Shown piece after piece: positions 19,269 to 28,339 of a stretch of DNA of 64,000 nt. The notes beneath the pieces are model-generated. The model was given only the letters and a program-made list of their open reading frames with translations, was not told the DNA's origin and ran no database searches. The position numbers and the translations under genes were made by a program. How positions within the stretch are numbered: position 1 is the first letter of the stretch; the number at the start of each line of letters is the position of its first letter. The stretch lies in IMG/VR virus record IMGVR_UViG_3300033068_001747. One strand, written 5' to 3'. The stretch comes from a virus (lineage: Duplodnaviria; Caudoviricetes).

Positions 19269-19478
19269 ATGGCACTTAGAAATCAAGGTATGATCCGTCA
19301 AGGAGAATATGAAGGTAAAACTATTGACGAAGCTACTCAATATGCACAAGATGGTGGATATACAGTAAGAATAACAGAGGAAGATGGTCAAGCAAAAATG
19401 CTAACCATGGACGTTAATCAAAATAGAATTAATTTCAGAGTTAAAAATGGTTATGTAATTGACGCATACGGTGGGTAA
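19269..19478 (+). CDS. Peptidase inhibitor I78/potato inhibitor I-like protein
   Basis: MLTMD...NRINF.V.NG.V...GG signature. Confidence 0.55.
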   Translation: MALRNQGMIRQGEYEGKTIDEATQYAQDGGYTVRITEEDGQAKMLTMDVNQNRINFRVKNGYVIDAYGG

Positions 19479-19543
19479 AATTTTCCAAAAAAAATTAGGT
19501 TGATAAACAATTTTGTTATACATTTGATAAAAATAATAATATT

Positions 19544-19765
19544 ATGTTTAAATCAGTCTTAGAAACACTTAGTGATACAGAAATTAATGCTATCACACAC
19601 CAATTGGCAAATCCTAATGTGCCTAATAGTTCAATTATTAAGCAATTAAAAGGTAAAGCAAACTATAATATGTCTGAAATCAGAATGGCGTCTGAACAAG
19701 ATATTCTAGTTCAATTACTTATCGAGGTAAGTTTAGAACTATCTGAACGAGTTTTAAAACAATAA
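19544..19765 (+). CDS. Hypothetical protein
   Basis: ORF track; TACATTTG upstream. Confidence 0.6.
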   Translation: MFKSVLETLSDTEINAITHQLANPNVPNSSIIKQLKGKANYNMSEIRMASEQDILVQLLIEVSLELSERVLKQ

Positions 19766-19796
19766 AAAAAATCCACTCAATTGAGTGGATTTTTAT

Positions 19797-20213
19797 TTAA
19801 AATTTAACACTAGGAAATTTCTTCTTTTTATTTAAAACTAACCTTCTATATAACTCTAATATTGTAATTACTATTAAAGATATCCAGGCAATAGTGGCAG
19901 CAGGTGGGAAAATAACTGCTAATAAAGCACCAACAAACCCAGCAGTTGTAGAAGTTAACATGTCTAAATTACTAGCTTTTACTTCTGACTCAGTTTTATT
20001 GGCACCAAAGAATGCACCTTGTACCCATTCAACTAAAAACGCAACTGCTGCTGATGAAAATGTACAAATAAATACATGAAAGAATGTACCAGTATCTCTT
20101 AAATTTAAAAAATCATAAGTAACCATTAGCCATACCCATAATATACAAGTAGGTAATGTTAAAGAGTGTAAATGCCATTTGTTTTTAACAAATAAATCTA
20201 AATATTTTTTCAT
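19797..20213 (-). CDS. Multi-pass membrane protein
   Basis: About 4 hydrophobic segments. Confidence 0.65.
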   Translation of the reverse strand: MKKYLDLFVKNKWHLHSLTLPTCILWVWLMVTYDFLNLRDTGTFFHVFICTFSSAAVAFLVEWVQGAFFGANKTESEVKASNLDMLTSTTAGFVGALLAVIFPPAATIAWISLIVITILELYRRLVLNKKKKFPSVKF

Positions 20214-20275
20214 AATATCAATTTTATTTTTATATATTAAATAAAAAATTAGTACATTTGTAAAAATTATAAATC

Positions 20276-21181
20276 ATGAAGACAAATCTAAAAATTAAAA
20301 TACTTATCGGAGTACCTGCTTCCGGCAAATCTACGTGGGCCAAAGATTTTGTAAAAGCAAATGATAATTGGACCAGAGTTAGTAGAGACGACTTTAGAGA
20401 AATGTTAAAAAACTCTGGAGTTGTGGAAAATAAAGTTGAAAATATAATCAATGAATTGGTTGATGCAACAATAGAACAATCATTACTTAAAAAAATGAAT
20501 GTTATTGTCGATAACACAAATTTAAAAGATAAATATATTCAAAACATTATTGAGAAGTTTAAGTATAGTGCCGATATAGACTATCAAGTCTTTGATATAT
20601 CAAAGGACAAAGCGATAGAAAGAGACAGACAAAGAGATAAGTCTGTAGGTCCAGTTGTTATCAATAAAATGTATAAAGAATATAAAATTCTTATGGATTC
20701 ATTTGACTTTCAACCTGTCAAAAAAATGACAAGACCTCACTTGACCCCAAATTTCAACTCACCTAAACAAGGTGCTGTTATATTTGACATCGATGGTACA
20801 CTTGCACTTATGGGTCGTAGAGGTCCATTTGATTGGATGCAAGTTTATAAAGACGATTTGAACGAAATTGTATCGGAACAGTTACAATTTCATAAAGATA
20901 AAGGTAGAAAAGTAATTATTGTAACTGGTCGTGACGAAGTTTGTCGAGAAGTTACCGAAGAATGGTTAGACTTTCACGGTATTCAGTTTGACGAAATGTA
21001 TATGAGACCAAAAGATGATTATAGAAAAGATACCTTAATTAAAAAAGAAATATACGAAAATCATATTAAGCCAAATTATAACTTACTTTGTGTTTATGAT
21101 GATAGATTAAGTGTAGTTAGAACTTGGAATGAATTAGGAGTATTTGTATTTAATGTAAATCAAGGAACACATCAATTTTAA
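20276..21181 (+). CDS. pseT: Polynucleotide 5'-kinase/3'-phosphatase (T4 PseT-like)
   Basis: GVPASGKST P-loop, RDDFR, HAD motif DIDGTL, VTGR, DDR. Confidence 0.92.
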   Translation: MKTNLKIKILIGVPASGKSTWAKDFVKANDNWTRVSRDDFREMLKNSGVVENKVENIINELVDATIEQSLLKKMNVIVDNTNLKDKYIQNIIEKFKYSADIDYQVFDISKDKAIERDRQRDKSVGPVVINKMYKEYKILMDSFDFQPVKKMTRPHLTPNFNSPKQGAVIFDIDGTLALMGRRGPFDWMQVYKDDLNEIVSEQLQFHKDKGRKVIIVTGRDEVCREVTEEWLDFHGIQFDEMYMRPKDDYRKDTLIKKEIYENHIKPNYNLLCVYDDRLSVVRTWNELGVFVFNVNQGTHQF

Positions 21182-21248
21182 AGTAAGCAGAGAACCTATC
21201 GCTGGAAACAGAGGAAGTTCGCGACTACAAAACCTCATTACATATATA
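21180..21248 (+). ncRNA. rnpB: RNase P RNA, 5' segment (5' strands of P1, P2, P4, P5, P6 plus P3)
   Basis: GAGGAAGTTCGCGA CR-I-like motif; CTG-GAAA-CAG P3; complementary to the 25030-25177 segment. Confidence 0.8.
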
Positions 21249-21296
21249 TTAAAACTTTTAAACATAAAATAAATATATATTTTAAATAATAAAACT

Positions 21297-21704
21297 ATGT
21301 TATTAACTAAAAGCGTTGAATATGCTATTAAATCACTCATACTAATCAATTATGATAGTAAAATAAATATCGAATATATTAGTTCTAAACTAGATATACC
21401 TAGAAGTTTCACATCAAAAATATTACAAGTACTTGTAAAAAAGGACTACATCTCTTCTAAAAGAGGCCCAGGTGGTGGTTTTGTAGTAAATGATTATTCA
21501 AAAACATTAAAAGATTTAATATGTGATATTGATCATAAATTTGATTATGATAAATGTGTTATGGGATTAAGTGGCTGCTCTGATGAGAATGCTTGTCCTT
21601 TACATGAAAATTTCAAAGAAATTAAAAATAAAATTTTAAACGAATTAATGATATTAAAAATATCAGATATTTGTAAAAATCCAAATAAAGTTTTAAAACT
21701 ATAA
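21297..21704 (+). CDS. Rrf2 family transcriptional regulator
   Basis: SVEYAI, SKRGPGGGF, C-terminal Cys cluster. Confidence 0.9.
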   Translation: MLLTKSVEYAIKSLILINYDSKINIEYISSKLDIPRSFTSKILQVLVKKDYISSKRGPGGGFVVNDYSKTLKDLICDIDHKFDYDKCVMGLSGCSDENACPLHENFKEIKNKILNELMILKISDICKNPNKVLKL

Positions 21705-21779
21705 GAATATTTTTTATATATATAATAATTGTAGATATGAATGTCTTTTTATCTACAATTAAAAAAATTATATAAAACT

Positions 21780-23558
21780 ATGTTTACAAAATTAGATGAA
21801 TTACAAAAAAAGGTTAAAAAGGATTTTATAAAGAATTATATAAACTCCAAGAATGCAGCAAGTGGATCATTATTTGATCCAAATTCAAATGTTACTTCTA
21901 AAAATATTGCAACTTTAGAAGCAGAATTAAACAAAGATATTAACATACAAGTTAATAGGTCTCTTATCTATTCTAAAATAGAAGAAAATTTTGGAACAGA
22001 AATGGCAGACTCATATATTAAAGACATTGAAGACCACTTAATATATGTTCATGATGAGACATCATTGAAGCCATATTGTGTGAGTATCTCAATGTATCCG
22101 TTGTTATTAAATGGTTTAAGTGGCTTAGGTGGTGAGTCGAAAGCACCTAAACACTTAGCAAGCTTTTGTGGTTCATTTATTAACCTTTTATTCTCAGTGT
22201 CATCACAGTTCGCTGGTGCAGTAGCTACTGTGGAATTCTTACTTTACTTTGACCACTTTGCAAGATTAGATTATGGAGATGACTACTTAACAACACATAA
22301 AAAAATAATAGAGAATGAGTTACAACATGTAGTTTATGCTATTAACCAACCTGCCGCGGCAAGAGGTTATCAATCAGTATTTTGGAATATATCTTTATAT
22401 GATATTGAATATTTTAATTCAATGTTTGGTGACTTTGTTTTTCCTGATATGGATAAACCAAACTATAGTAGCTTAGATAAACTACAGAAGTTTTTCATGA
22501 AATGGTTTAATAAAGAAAGGGAAAATGCGGTATTAACATTCCCTGTAATCACAGCAGCTATGTTGACTAAAGATAAAAAAGTATATGATGTTAACTTTGG
22601 TAACTTTTGTGCAGAAGAGTTAAGTGAAGGTAATTCATTCTTTATATATCAATCAGAAAGTGCAGATTCATTAGCATCTTGTTGCAGACTAAGAAATGAA
22701 ATATCTGATAATACTTTTAGCTACTCTCTTGGTGCTGGTGGTGTATCCACTGGTTCTATAAATGTGATAACTATTAATATGAATAGACTTATTCAAAAAG
22801 ATATTAGTCTAGATGATTTATTAGATAGAATATATAAATATCAAATGTCATACCGATATTTAATACAGGATTACTTAGATGCTAAGATGTTACCTGTTTA
22901 TGATTCTGGTTTTATATCAATTGATAAACAATTTCTAACAATAGGTATAAATGGTATGGTTGAATCCGCAGAATATCTTGGAATTGAAATATCAGATAAT
23001 GATAAATATAAAGACTATATCAATAGTAGATTGAAAACAATATATGATAAAAATAAATTAGCAAAGATTGAATATGGTTGCATGTTTAATACTGAATTCG
23101 TCCCTGCTGAAAATTTAGGAGTAAAAAATGCTAAGTGGGACAAAGAAGATGGTCTATTCGTAACAAGAGACTGTTATAACTCATACTTTTATATAGTTGA
23201 GGACGAGTCACAGAATGTAGTAGATAAATTCTTTTTACATGGAAATGATTATATAAAATATCTAGATGGTGGTAGTGCATATCATTGTAATTTAGAAGAT
23301 TATCCTACAAAAGAAGGATTCTTTAAGCTATTAAATGTATCAGCTTATACTGGTTGTAATTATTTTTGCTTTAATATAAAAGTAACAATATGTAATGATT
23401 GTGAACATATAAATAAAAAGACTGAATACCATTGTGTGAAATGTGACAGTAGAAATGTAGATCACGCTACAAGAATAATAGGATATCTTAAAAGAATAAC
23501 TAGCTTCAGTAAAGATAGACAAAAAGAAGCAGCAAAAAGATATTACAATCAAAAATGA
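21780..23558 (+). CDS. nrdD: Anaerobic ribonucleoside-triphosphate reductase (class III)
   Basis: IYVHD, SCCRL, PAENL, CxxC...CxxC, TRIIGYL glycyl-radical motif. Confidence 0.93.
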   Translation: MFTKLDELQKKVKKDFIKNYINSKNAASGSLFDPNSNVTSKNIATLEAELNKDINIQVNRSLIYSKIEENFGTEMADSYIKDIEDHLIYVHDETSLKPYCVSISMYPLLLNGLSGLGGESKAPKHLASFCGSFINLLFSVSSQFAGAVATVEFLLYFDHFARLDYGDDYLTTHKKIIENELQHVVYAINQPAAARGYQSVFWNISLYDIEYFNSMFGDFVFPDMDKPNYSSLDKLQKFFMKWFNKERENAVLTFPVITAAMLTKDKKVYDVNFGNFCAEELSEGNSFFIYQSESADSLASCCRLRNEISDNTFSYSLGAGGVSTGSINVITINMNRLIQKDISLDDLLDRIYKYQMSYRYLIQDYLDAKMLPVYDSGFISIDKQFLTIGINGMVESAEYLGIEISDNDKYKDYINSRLKTIYDKNKLAKIEYGCMFNTEFVPAENLGVKNAKWDKEDGLFVTRDCYNSYFYIVEDESQNVVDKFFLHGNDYIKYLDGGSAYHCNLEDYPTKEGFFKLLNVSAYTGCNYFCFNIKVTICNDCEHINKKTEYHCVKCDSRNVDHATRIIGYLKRITSFSKDRQKEAAKRYYNQK

Positions 23559-24007
23559 GATTTAAAGAATATAATATAGTATTCCAAGAGATACCTAATG
23601 AGGTATCTCTTTGTTTCTCTATAACAGGTTGTAACCTAAGGTGTGATGGTTGTCACTCACCATTTTTATGGAAAATTAATAGCGGTGATTTATTAACAAT
23701 AGATGTATTAAATACACTTTTAAAAAAATATGATAAGATTATATCTTGTGTTCTTTTTATGGGTGGAGAATGGCACACTAAAGAGTTTATTAAAACATTA
23801 TCTTATATTAGAAGCATGGGTATAAAAACCGCTTTATATACAGGGTTAGAACTTGATGATGTTAGTGTGGATATTAGAAATAATTTAGACTATTTAAAGT
23901 TTGGACCTTGGATAAAAGAATTAGGTGGACTTCAATCAAAGACAACAAATCAAAAATTATTAAATATAAATAATGATGAGTGTTTAAATCACTATTTTAT
24001 TAAATAA
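23555..24007 (+). CDS. nrdG: Anaerobic RNR activase (radical SAM)
   Basis: GCNLRCDGCHS; adjacent to nrdD. Confidence 0.92.
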   Translation: MRFKEYNIVFQEIPNEVSLCFSITGCNLRCDGCHSPFLWKINSGDLLTIDVLNTLLKKYDKIISCVLFMGGEWHTKEFIKTLSYIRSMGIKTALYTGLELDDVSVDIRNNLDYLKFGPWIKELGGLQSKTTNQKLLNINNDECLNHYFIK

Positions 24008-24258
24008 ACTTTTTCAATATTAGATTATTTAAAGATTAAAATATAAATTAAATTATGACTTTTATAAATATCAGAAATTATTAACCACACTTATAATATG
24101 ATTCAAAGGATTTTGAACGATTAATGATGTTAGGAATAATCCAAATGGATTAGGTGGACAAGCTATGACAAGAACATAAACAATATTTTAAACATGAATA
24201 TTCTTTTATTCTAAAAGAAAAAATAACAATAGAGAGAACAACAAATGAATAAGATTTT

Positions 24259-24480
24259 ATGAAAGTAGTTTGTATAAAAAAATACCTATCTACCAATTTA
24301 AGATATGAACTTACTTATGGTAAAATATATGAAACTCTACCTAAGTTTCCTAATGATTTAGAAGATGATTATAGAATAGAGTGTGATAGAGGTTTTATAG
24401 AATTTTATAGTAAAGATACATTTATAACTTTAGAAGATTGGAGAGAACAACAAATAAATAAAATTGTAAATGAATATTAG
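24259..24480 (+). CDS. Small protein, V-x-CIK...LT-x-GK-x-Y family, C-terminal tag WREQQINKIV
   Basis: Similar to 26805, 59258 and 60715 ORFs. Confidence 0.65.
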   Translation: MKVVCIKKYLSTNLRYELTYGKIYETLPKFPNDLEDDYRIECDRGFIEFYSKDTFITLEDWREQQINKIVNEY

Positions 24481-24751
24481 ATGTATATTTGGACATAAAT
24501 GGGAACTTTCTAAAATAGAAAGAGAGATTGAATATAACTTACCTAAGCTTGGTAAAAAAGGTGCTTGGAATGGTTCAGGTAGAAAGGTTATTATGACTAC
24601 TTCTGATGATATTAGAATATGTAAAAGATGTTATAAGAAACAAAAGGCAATGTATAGTCCATTTAGTCATGTTAGAATTGCAGATTGGAGGAATGATGAA
24701 CTCAGTAAAGATGAACTTAGAGATAAAAAATTAAAAGAATTAGGTATATGA
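24470..24751 (+). CDS. Small zinc-binding protein, C-terminal tag LRDKKLKELGI
   Basis: CIFGHKW...CKRC. Confidence 0.65.
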   Translation: MNIRCIFGHKWELSKIEREIEYNLPKLGKKGAWNGSGRKVIMTTSDDIRICKRCYKKQKAMYSPFSHVRIADWRNDELSKDELRDKKLKELGI

Positions 24752-25014
24752 GTCTTAAATTAATAGCCAAAAAAACACATATTGTACGTAAAAACATTCA
24801 AGGTAATGGTAAAACTAGCCATATTATTGAAAAAGGTCAAATATTTACCATCTTTGTCAAACATATTACAAAGTATGACAAAGATGGTGAATTGGTGACT
24901 GTTTGTATATACCATATAAAAGATGGTTGGATTATAAATTTTAAAAACTTTACAACAAAGGAGAAATATACTGCAATCAAAAGACAACATATATTAGATC
25001 AAATATTAGGTTAA
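24748..25014 (+). CDS. Hypothetical protein, C-terminal tag KRQHILDQIL
   Basis: ORF track. Confidence 0.6.
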   Translation: MSLKLIAKKTHIVRKNIQGNGKTSHIIEKGQIFTIFVKHITKYDKDGELVTVCIYHIKDGWIINFKNFTTKEKYTAIKRQHILDQILG

Positions 25015-25029
25015 TAAATAAATAAAAAT

Positions 25030-25177
25030 TATATTTGTAACTTAGGAGACTAACGTCGTTTGTACTAAGGAAGTAGCAAGTCAAACAGTTCGAGGGTGTC
25101 GGTTTCCCTATGAGAATGGGTTGATGCAAAGATAAATGATAGGATAGAACAAAATCGCGGCTAAGCTCACTTACTTT
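25030..25177 (+). ncRNA. rnpB: RNase P RNA, 3' segment (P9-like hairpin, P15-P17, CR-IV, CR-V; no P18)
   Basis: GTAGCAAG, AGATAAATGAT and ACAAAATCGCGGCTAA match bacterial rnpB conserved regions; pairs with the 21180 segment. Confidence 0.8.
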
Positions 25178-25231
25178 TTAAATTAAAATAAACTTTCATA
25201 TTTTAAAAACTATACTTAAAAAAAACAACTT

Positions 25232-26296
25232 ATGTTAACAACTTTGCTAATTTTAGCTTTACTTGCAGTTTGTATCTTTGAATTTGTAAATGGATTTCAC
25301 GATACTGCTAATGCCGTTGCGACGGTAATTTACACAAAATCTTTAAAACCTAAACAAGCAGTTGTTTGGTCAGGAATTATGAACTTTCTTGGACTTATGA
25401 CTGGTGGTGTAGGTGTCGCACTTAGTATTGTAACACTAATACCCAAAGAACTAATCACTGATACTAACATATACCACTCTATGGGAATGGTTATGTCAAT
25501 TCTTATTACTGCAATTTTTTGGAATTTAGCAACTTGGTACAAAGGAATTCCTGCTTCTTCTTCACATACTTTAATCGGCTCAATAATTGGAGTTTCTGTA
25601 GGTTACTCTATTTTAACTGGTGTAGATTACACTAATTGGGGTAAAATTATTGATATAGGAAAAGCGTTAGCTTTCTCACCTTTATTAGGTTTCACTATGG
25701 TTATACTTTTAATGTGGTTTCTAAACAAAGTTATCAAAAGAAAAGATGTATTTGAAGAGCCAAATGGTGATACTCCACCACCAACTTGGATTAGAGCGAC
25801 TTTAATTTCAACTTGTACATTAGTTTCATTTTTTCACGGAAGAAATGACGGTCAAAAAGGAATTGGTTTAGCAATGATTATACTTATGGCTTTCTTACCT
25901 ACTTACTTTACATTAGAAACTGTTGAAAATCCACCAATGTGGGTTATGTGGATGATTGCTACGTCATTAGGATTAGGAACAATGATTGGTTGGAAAAGAA
26001 TTGTAGTTACAATTGGAGAGAAAATTGGTAAACAACACTTAACTTATGCACAAGGTGCTTCTTCTGAATTAGTTGCTGCAATCACAATTGGATTATCAAC
26101 TGCATTTAAACTACCAGTATCAACAACACACATTCTAAGTTCTGGTATTGCAGGGTCAATGGTGGCATCAAAAGGAATAAATAATTTAAAAACTAAAACA
26201 ATTAAAACAATATTATCCGCTTGGATTCTTACGTTACCAGTAACAATTGTGGTATCATGTGGATTATTTCTATTATTTAGATATATTTCAGGATAA
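25232..26296 (+). CDS. pit: Inorganic phosphate transporter (PiT family)
   Basis: NGFHDTANAVAT, GIPASSSHTLIG, HGRNDGQK, PVSTTH. Confidence 0.93.
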   Translation: MLTTLLILALLAVCIFEFVNGFHDTANAVATVIYTKSLKPKQAVVWSGIMNFLGLMTGGVGVALSIVTLIPKELITDTNIYHSMGMVMSILITAIFWNLATWYKGIPASSSHTLIGSIIGVSVGYSILTGVDYTNWGKIIDIGKALAFSPLLGFTMVILLMWFLNKVIKRKDVFEEPNGDTPPPTWIRATLISTCTLVSFFHGRNDGQKGIGLAMIILMAFLPTYFTLETVENPPMWVMWMIATSLGLGTMIGWKRIVVTIGEKIGKQHLTYAQGASSELVAAITIGLSTAFKLPVSTTHILSSGIAGSMVASKGINNLKTKTIKTILSAWILTLPVTIVVSCGLFLLFRYISG

Positions 26297-26318
26297 TATA
26301 TAAAGAAAAACTAAAATT

Positions 26319-26789
26319 ATGAAAAAAATATTTACAATATTATTATTACTTTTATCTCTTACAAGTGGAGCACAAGAGGTTAAAAGTAGAACTGAAATTA
26401 TAACTGCTCCTGTACTTATCTGTTCTACACCTGAAAGAGATAAATGGTTTGCGATTGTTCCAAGTTTTGAGAAATTAGAAGGGTTTATTGTAAAAACCTA
26501 TTTAACTACATTAAAGTTGAATATAGGTACTTGTAGTAAAGATGATGCTCTTGTATTTATATTCACAGATGGTAGAAAAATTAAAATAAATGCCAATAAT
26601 GAAAAAAGATGTGATGGTATAGTTGAAGTAAAATTTACATTAAACGCAATTGACGTAGCTTTTCTAGAAACAAAAACACTACAATCCATAAGATACATAA
26701 ATGGTAATGATTCTGTATCATTTTTATATTCCTCAACTAAAGAAGATTGTAACTATTTCGTAAATACATTTGGTACATATAAAAGATAG
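26319..26789 (+). CDS. Secreted hypothetical protein
   Basis: Signal peptide. Confidence 0.65.
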   Translation: MKKIFTILLLLLSLTSGAQEVKSRTEIITAPVLICSTPERDKWFAIVPSFEKLEGFIVKTYLTTLKLNIGTCSKDDALVFIFTDGRKIKINANNEKRCDGIVEVKFTLNAIDVAFLETKTLQSIRYINGNDSVSFLYSSTKEDCNYFVNTFGTYKR

Positions 26790-26804
26790 TATTATCTTTG
26801 CCTT

Positions 26805-27059
26805 ATGAAATTAGAAAAAGGTACAAAAGTAAAATGTATTAGAAATACATTCAATGGTTCTTATCGTCATGGTGAGATTGCTTTCCCTTATTTAACAGTT
26901 GGTAAAACTTATACTGTTGTGATGGATTTTGGACCTACACTTGCTATGATAGCTGATAATGGACACGGTTTATCTCTTGGAAAAGATTTATTTATAACAT
27001 TAGAAGATTATAGAGAAAAACAAATTGAAAAAATTTTTAAAAAAGATTTGGTAGATTAA
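26805..27059 (+). CDS. Small protein, VKCI...LTVGKTY family, C-terminal tag YREKQIEKIF
   Basis: Paralog of 24259 ORF. Confidence 0.65.
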   Translation: MKLEKGTKVKCIRNTFNGSYRHGEIAFPYLTVGKTYTVVMDFGPTLAMIADNGHGLSLGKDLFITLEDYREKQIEKIFKKDLVD

Positions 27060-27097
27060 AAAAGTCACCGTATCTTTGTCAAAGAAATAAAATAAGG

Positions 27098-27180
27098 GCT
27101 TACAAGAGTAGTAGCTATTGGAAAAGTAAATCCTCTTATCATTGATAATGAAACTTTATGTTGGCGGTGGTATTGTAAGC
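27098..27180 (+). ncRNA. Candidate small RNA with terminal stem
   Basis: Directly after a promoter repeat; GCTTACAA/TTGTAAGC terminal complementarity; no ORF. Confidence 0.45.
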
Positions 27181-27268
27181 AATTAAATTTTCATAGAAAT
27201 TTTGAAAAATAATTGAAAAAAGATTTGGTAGATTAAAAAAGTCACCGTATCTTTGTCAAACAAAATAA

Positions 27269-27355
27269 GGGAAGATATACAAGTCTGGTCAAAGTAGGCT
27301 ACCGGTGAGGTAGTCGGTTTTATATCTTCGAGCGGTTCGAATCCCTCTCTTCCCA
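27269..27355 (+). tRNA. Atypical tRNA with long variable region and non-canonical anticodon loop
   Basis: GGGAAGA/TCTTCCC + A; GGCTACC-GGTGA-GGTAGTC arm; GGTTCGAATCC. Confidence 0.65.
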
Positions 27356-27535
27356 CAAAAAAAATTTTAAAAAAGATTTGGTAGATTAAAGAATACTCCT
27401 TATCTTTGTCAAACAAAATACGAGTTATGAGTTGTGGCTCGAAGATTAAACCAAAACTCAAAAAAAATTAAAAAAAGTTAAAAAAGATTTGGTAGATTAA
27501 AAAAGTCTTCTTATCTTTGTCAAACAAAATAAAAA

Positions 27536-27619
27536 TGTGTGTTACCGGAGTTATGAGTTAGAATACAACTTGTAAGTATAGACGGGCTGCTGATGAAGTT
27601 GGTCCGCTCCCTAACCACA
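27536..27619 (+). ncRNA. Candidate structured small RNA
   Basis: After a promoter repeat; TGTG..GTTA..GGAG / CTCC.TAAC.CACA closing helix with internal hairpins. Confidence 0.45.
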
Positions 27620-27627
27620 AAAAATCT

Positions 27628-27738
27628 GGTCTGTTCGTCTAGCGGATGTCACTTCGGTGATAGGACGACACTTCTACGCTTAAATGTGCCCTGGTATATG
27701 GAGAGGTGTAAACAAAGGTTCGAATCCTTTACAGACTA
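27628..27738 (+). tRNA. tRNA-Glu-like RNA copy 1 (D-loop hairpin, 26-nt anticodon-loop expansion)
   Basis: GGTCTGT/ACAGACT acceptor; TCAC-TTCG-GTGA in D-loop; ACACTTCT/AGAGGTGT stem. Confidence 0.75.
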
Positions 27739-27858
27739 CAAAAAAAAATGAAAAAAGATTTGGTAGATTAAAAAAGTCTTCGTATCTTTGTCAAACAAAA
27801 TAAGAGTAGGTGTCTTGTGAAATTCTTGACTTCTTGGTGTACGATAGCACAACTCTTC

Positions 27859-27945
27859 GGTCTGTTCGTCTAGCGGTGTCACTTCGGTGACTAGGACAAC
27901 TTCCCTTTCAGGAAGGAAACGCGGGTTCGAATCCCGTACAGACTA
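27859..27945 (+). tRNA. tRNA-Glu-like RNA copy 2 (UUC in a 6-nt loop)
   Basis: Same body; CTTCC-CTTTCA-GGAAG anticodon arm. Confidence 0.8.
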
Positions 27946-28007
27946 CTGCTTTAATGGAATTTTAAGCTTGAGTTTTGTGATGGAACTCTTTAAAGAACTA
28001 TCACATC

Positions 28008-28096
28008 GGTCTGTTCGTCTAGCGGTTCACTTCGGTGATAGGACAACTTTTCAGTGAGTGATGAAGTAAACGCGGGTTCGAATCCCGTACAGACTA
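28008..28096 (+). tRNA. tRNA-Glu-like RNA copy 3 (extended anticodon arm, loop GTGAG)
   Basis: Same body; ACTTTTCA-GTGAG-TGATGAAGT arm. Confidence 0.75.
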
Positions 28097-28161
28097 CAAA
28101 TAAAATATAGGTGGTTACACGCCAGTAATGGTGTGTGTATCAAAGAGGTAAGCCACTTATC

Positions 28162-28249
28162 GGTCTGTTCGTCTAGCGGATGTCACTTCGGTGACTAGGA
28201 CATCTTCTCTTCGGAGTTGGGAACGCAGGTTCGAATCCTGTACAGACTA
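28162..28249 (+). tRNA. tRNA-Glu-like RNA copy 4 (anticodon loop replaced by a cUUCGg tetraloop)
   Basis: Same body; CTC-TTCG-GAG. Confidence 0.75.
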
Positions 28250-28266
28250 CAACAAATAAAACATAT

Positions 28267-28339
28267 CGCGGGATAGAGCAGTAGGCAGCTCGCAAGGCTC
28301 ATAACCTTGAGGTCACAGGTTCGAGTCCTGTTCCCGCTA
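28267..28339 (+). tRNA. tRNA-fMet (CAU)
   Basis: C1:U72 mismatch, CAAGG-CTCATAA-CCTTG, canonical D and T arms. Confidence 0.9.

Larger units (their letters stand above)
27039..27802 (+). promoter_or_regulatory. Five near-identical ~50-bp Bacteroidota-type promoter repeats driving small RNAs
   Basis: AAAAGATTTGGTAGATTAAA(N)TATCTTTGTCAAA at ~27039, 27216, 27369, 27480, 27751; TTTG-N20-TAnnTTTG. Confidence 0.85.

Noticed and set aside
27585-27610. Hammerhead ribozyme (CTGATGA)
   Set aside because: No matching GAAA core or three-stem arrangement.
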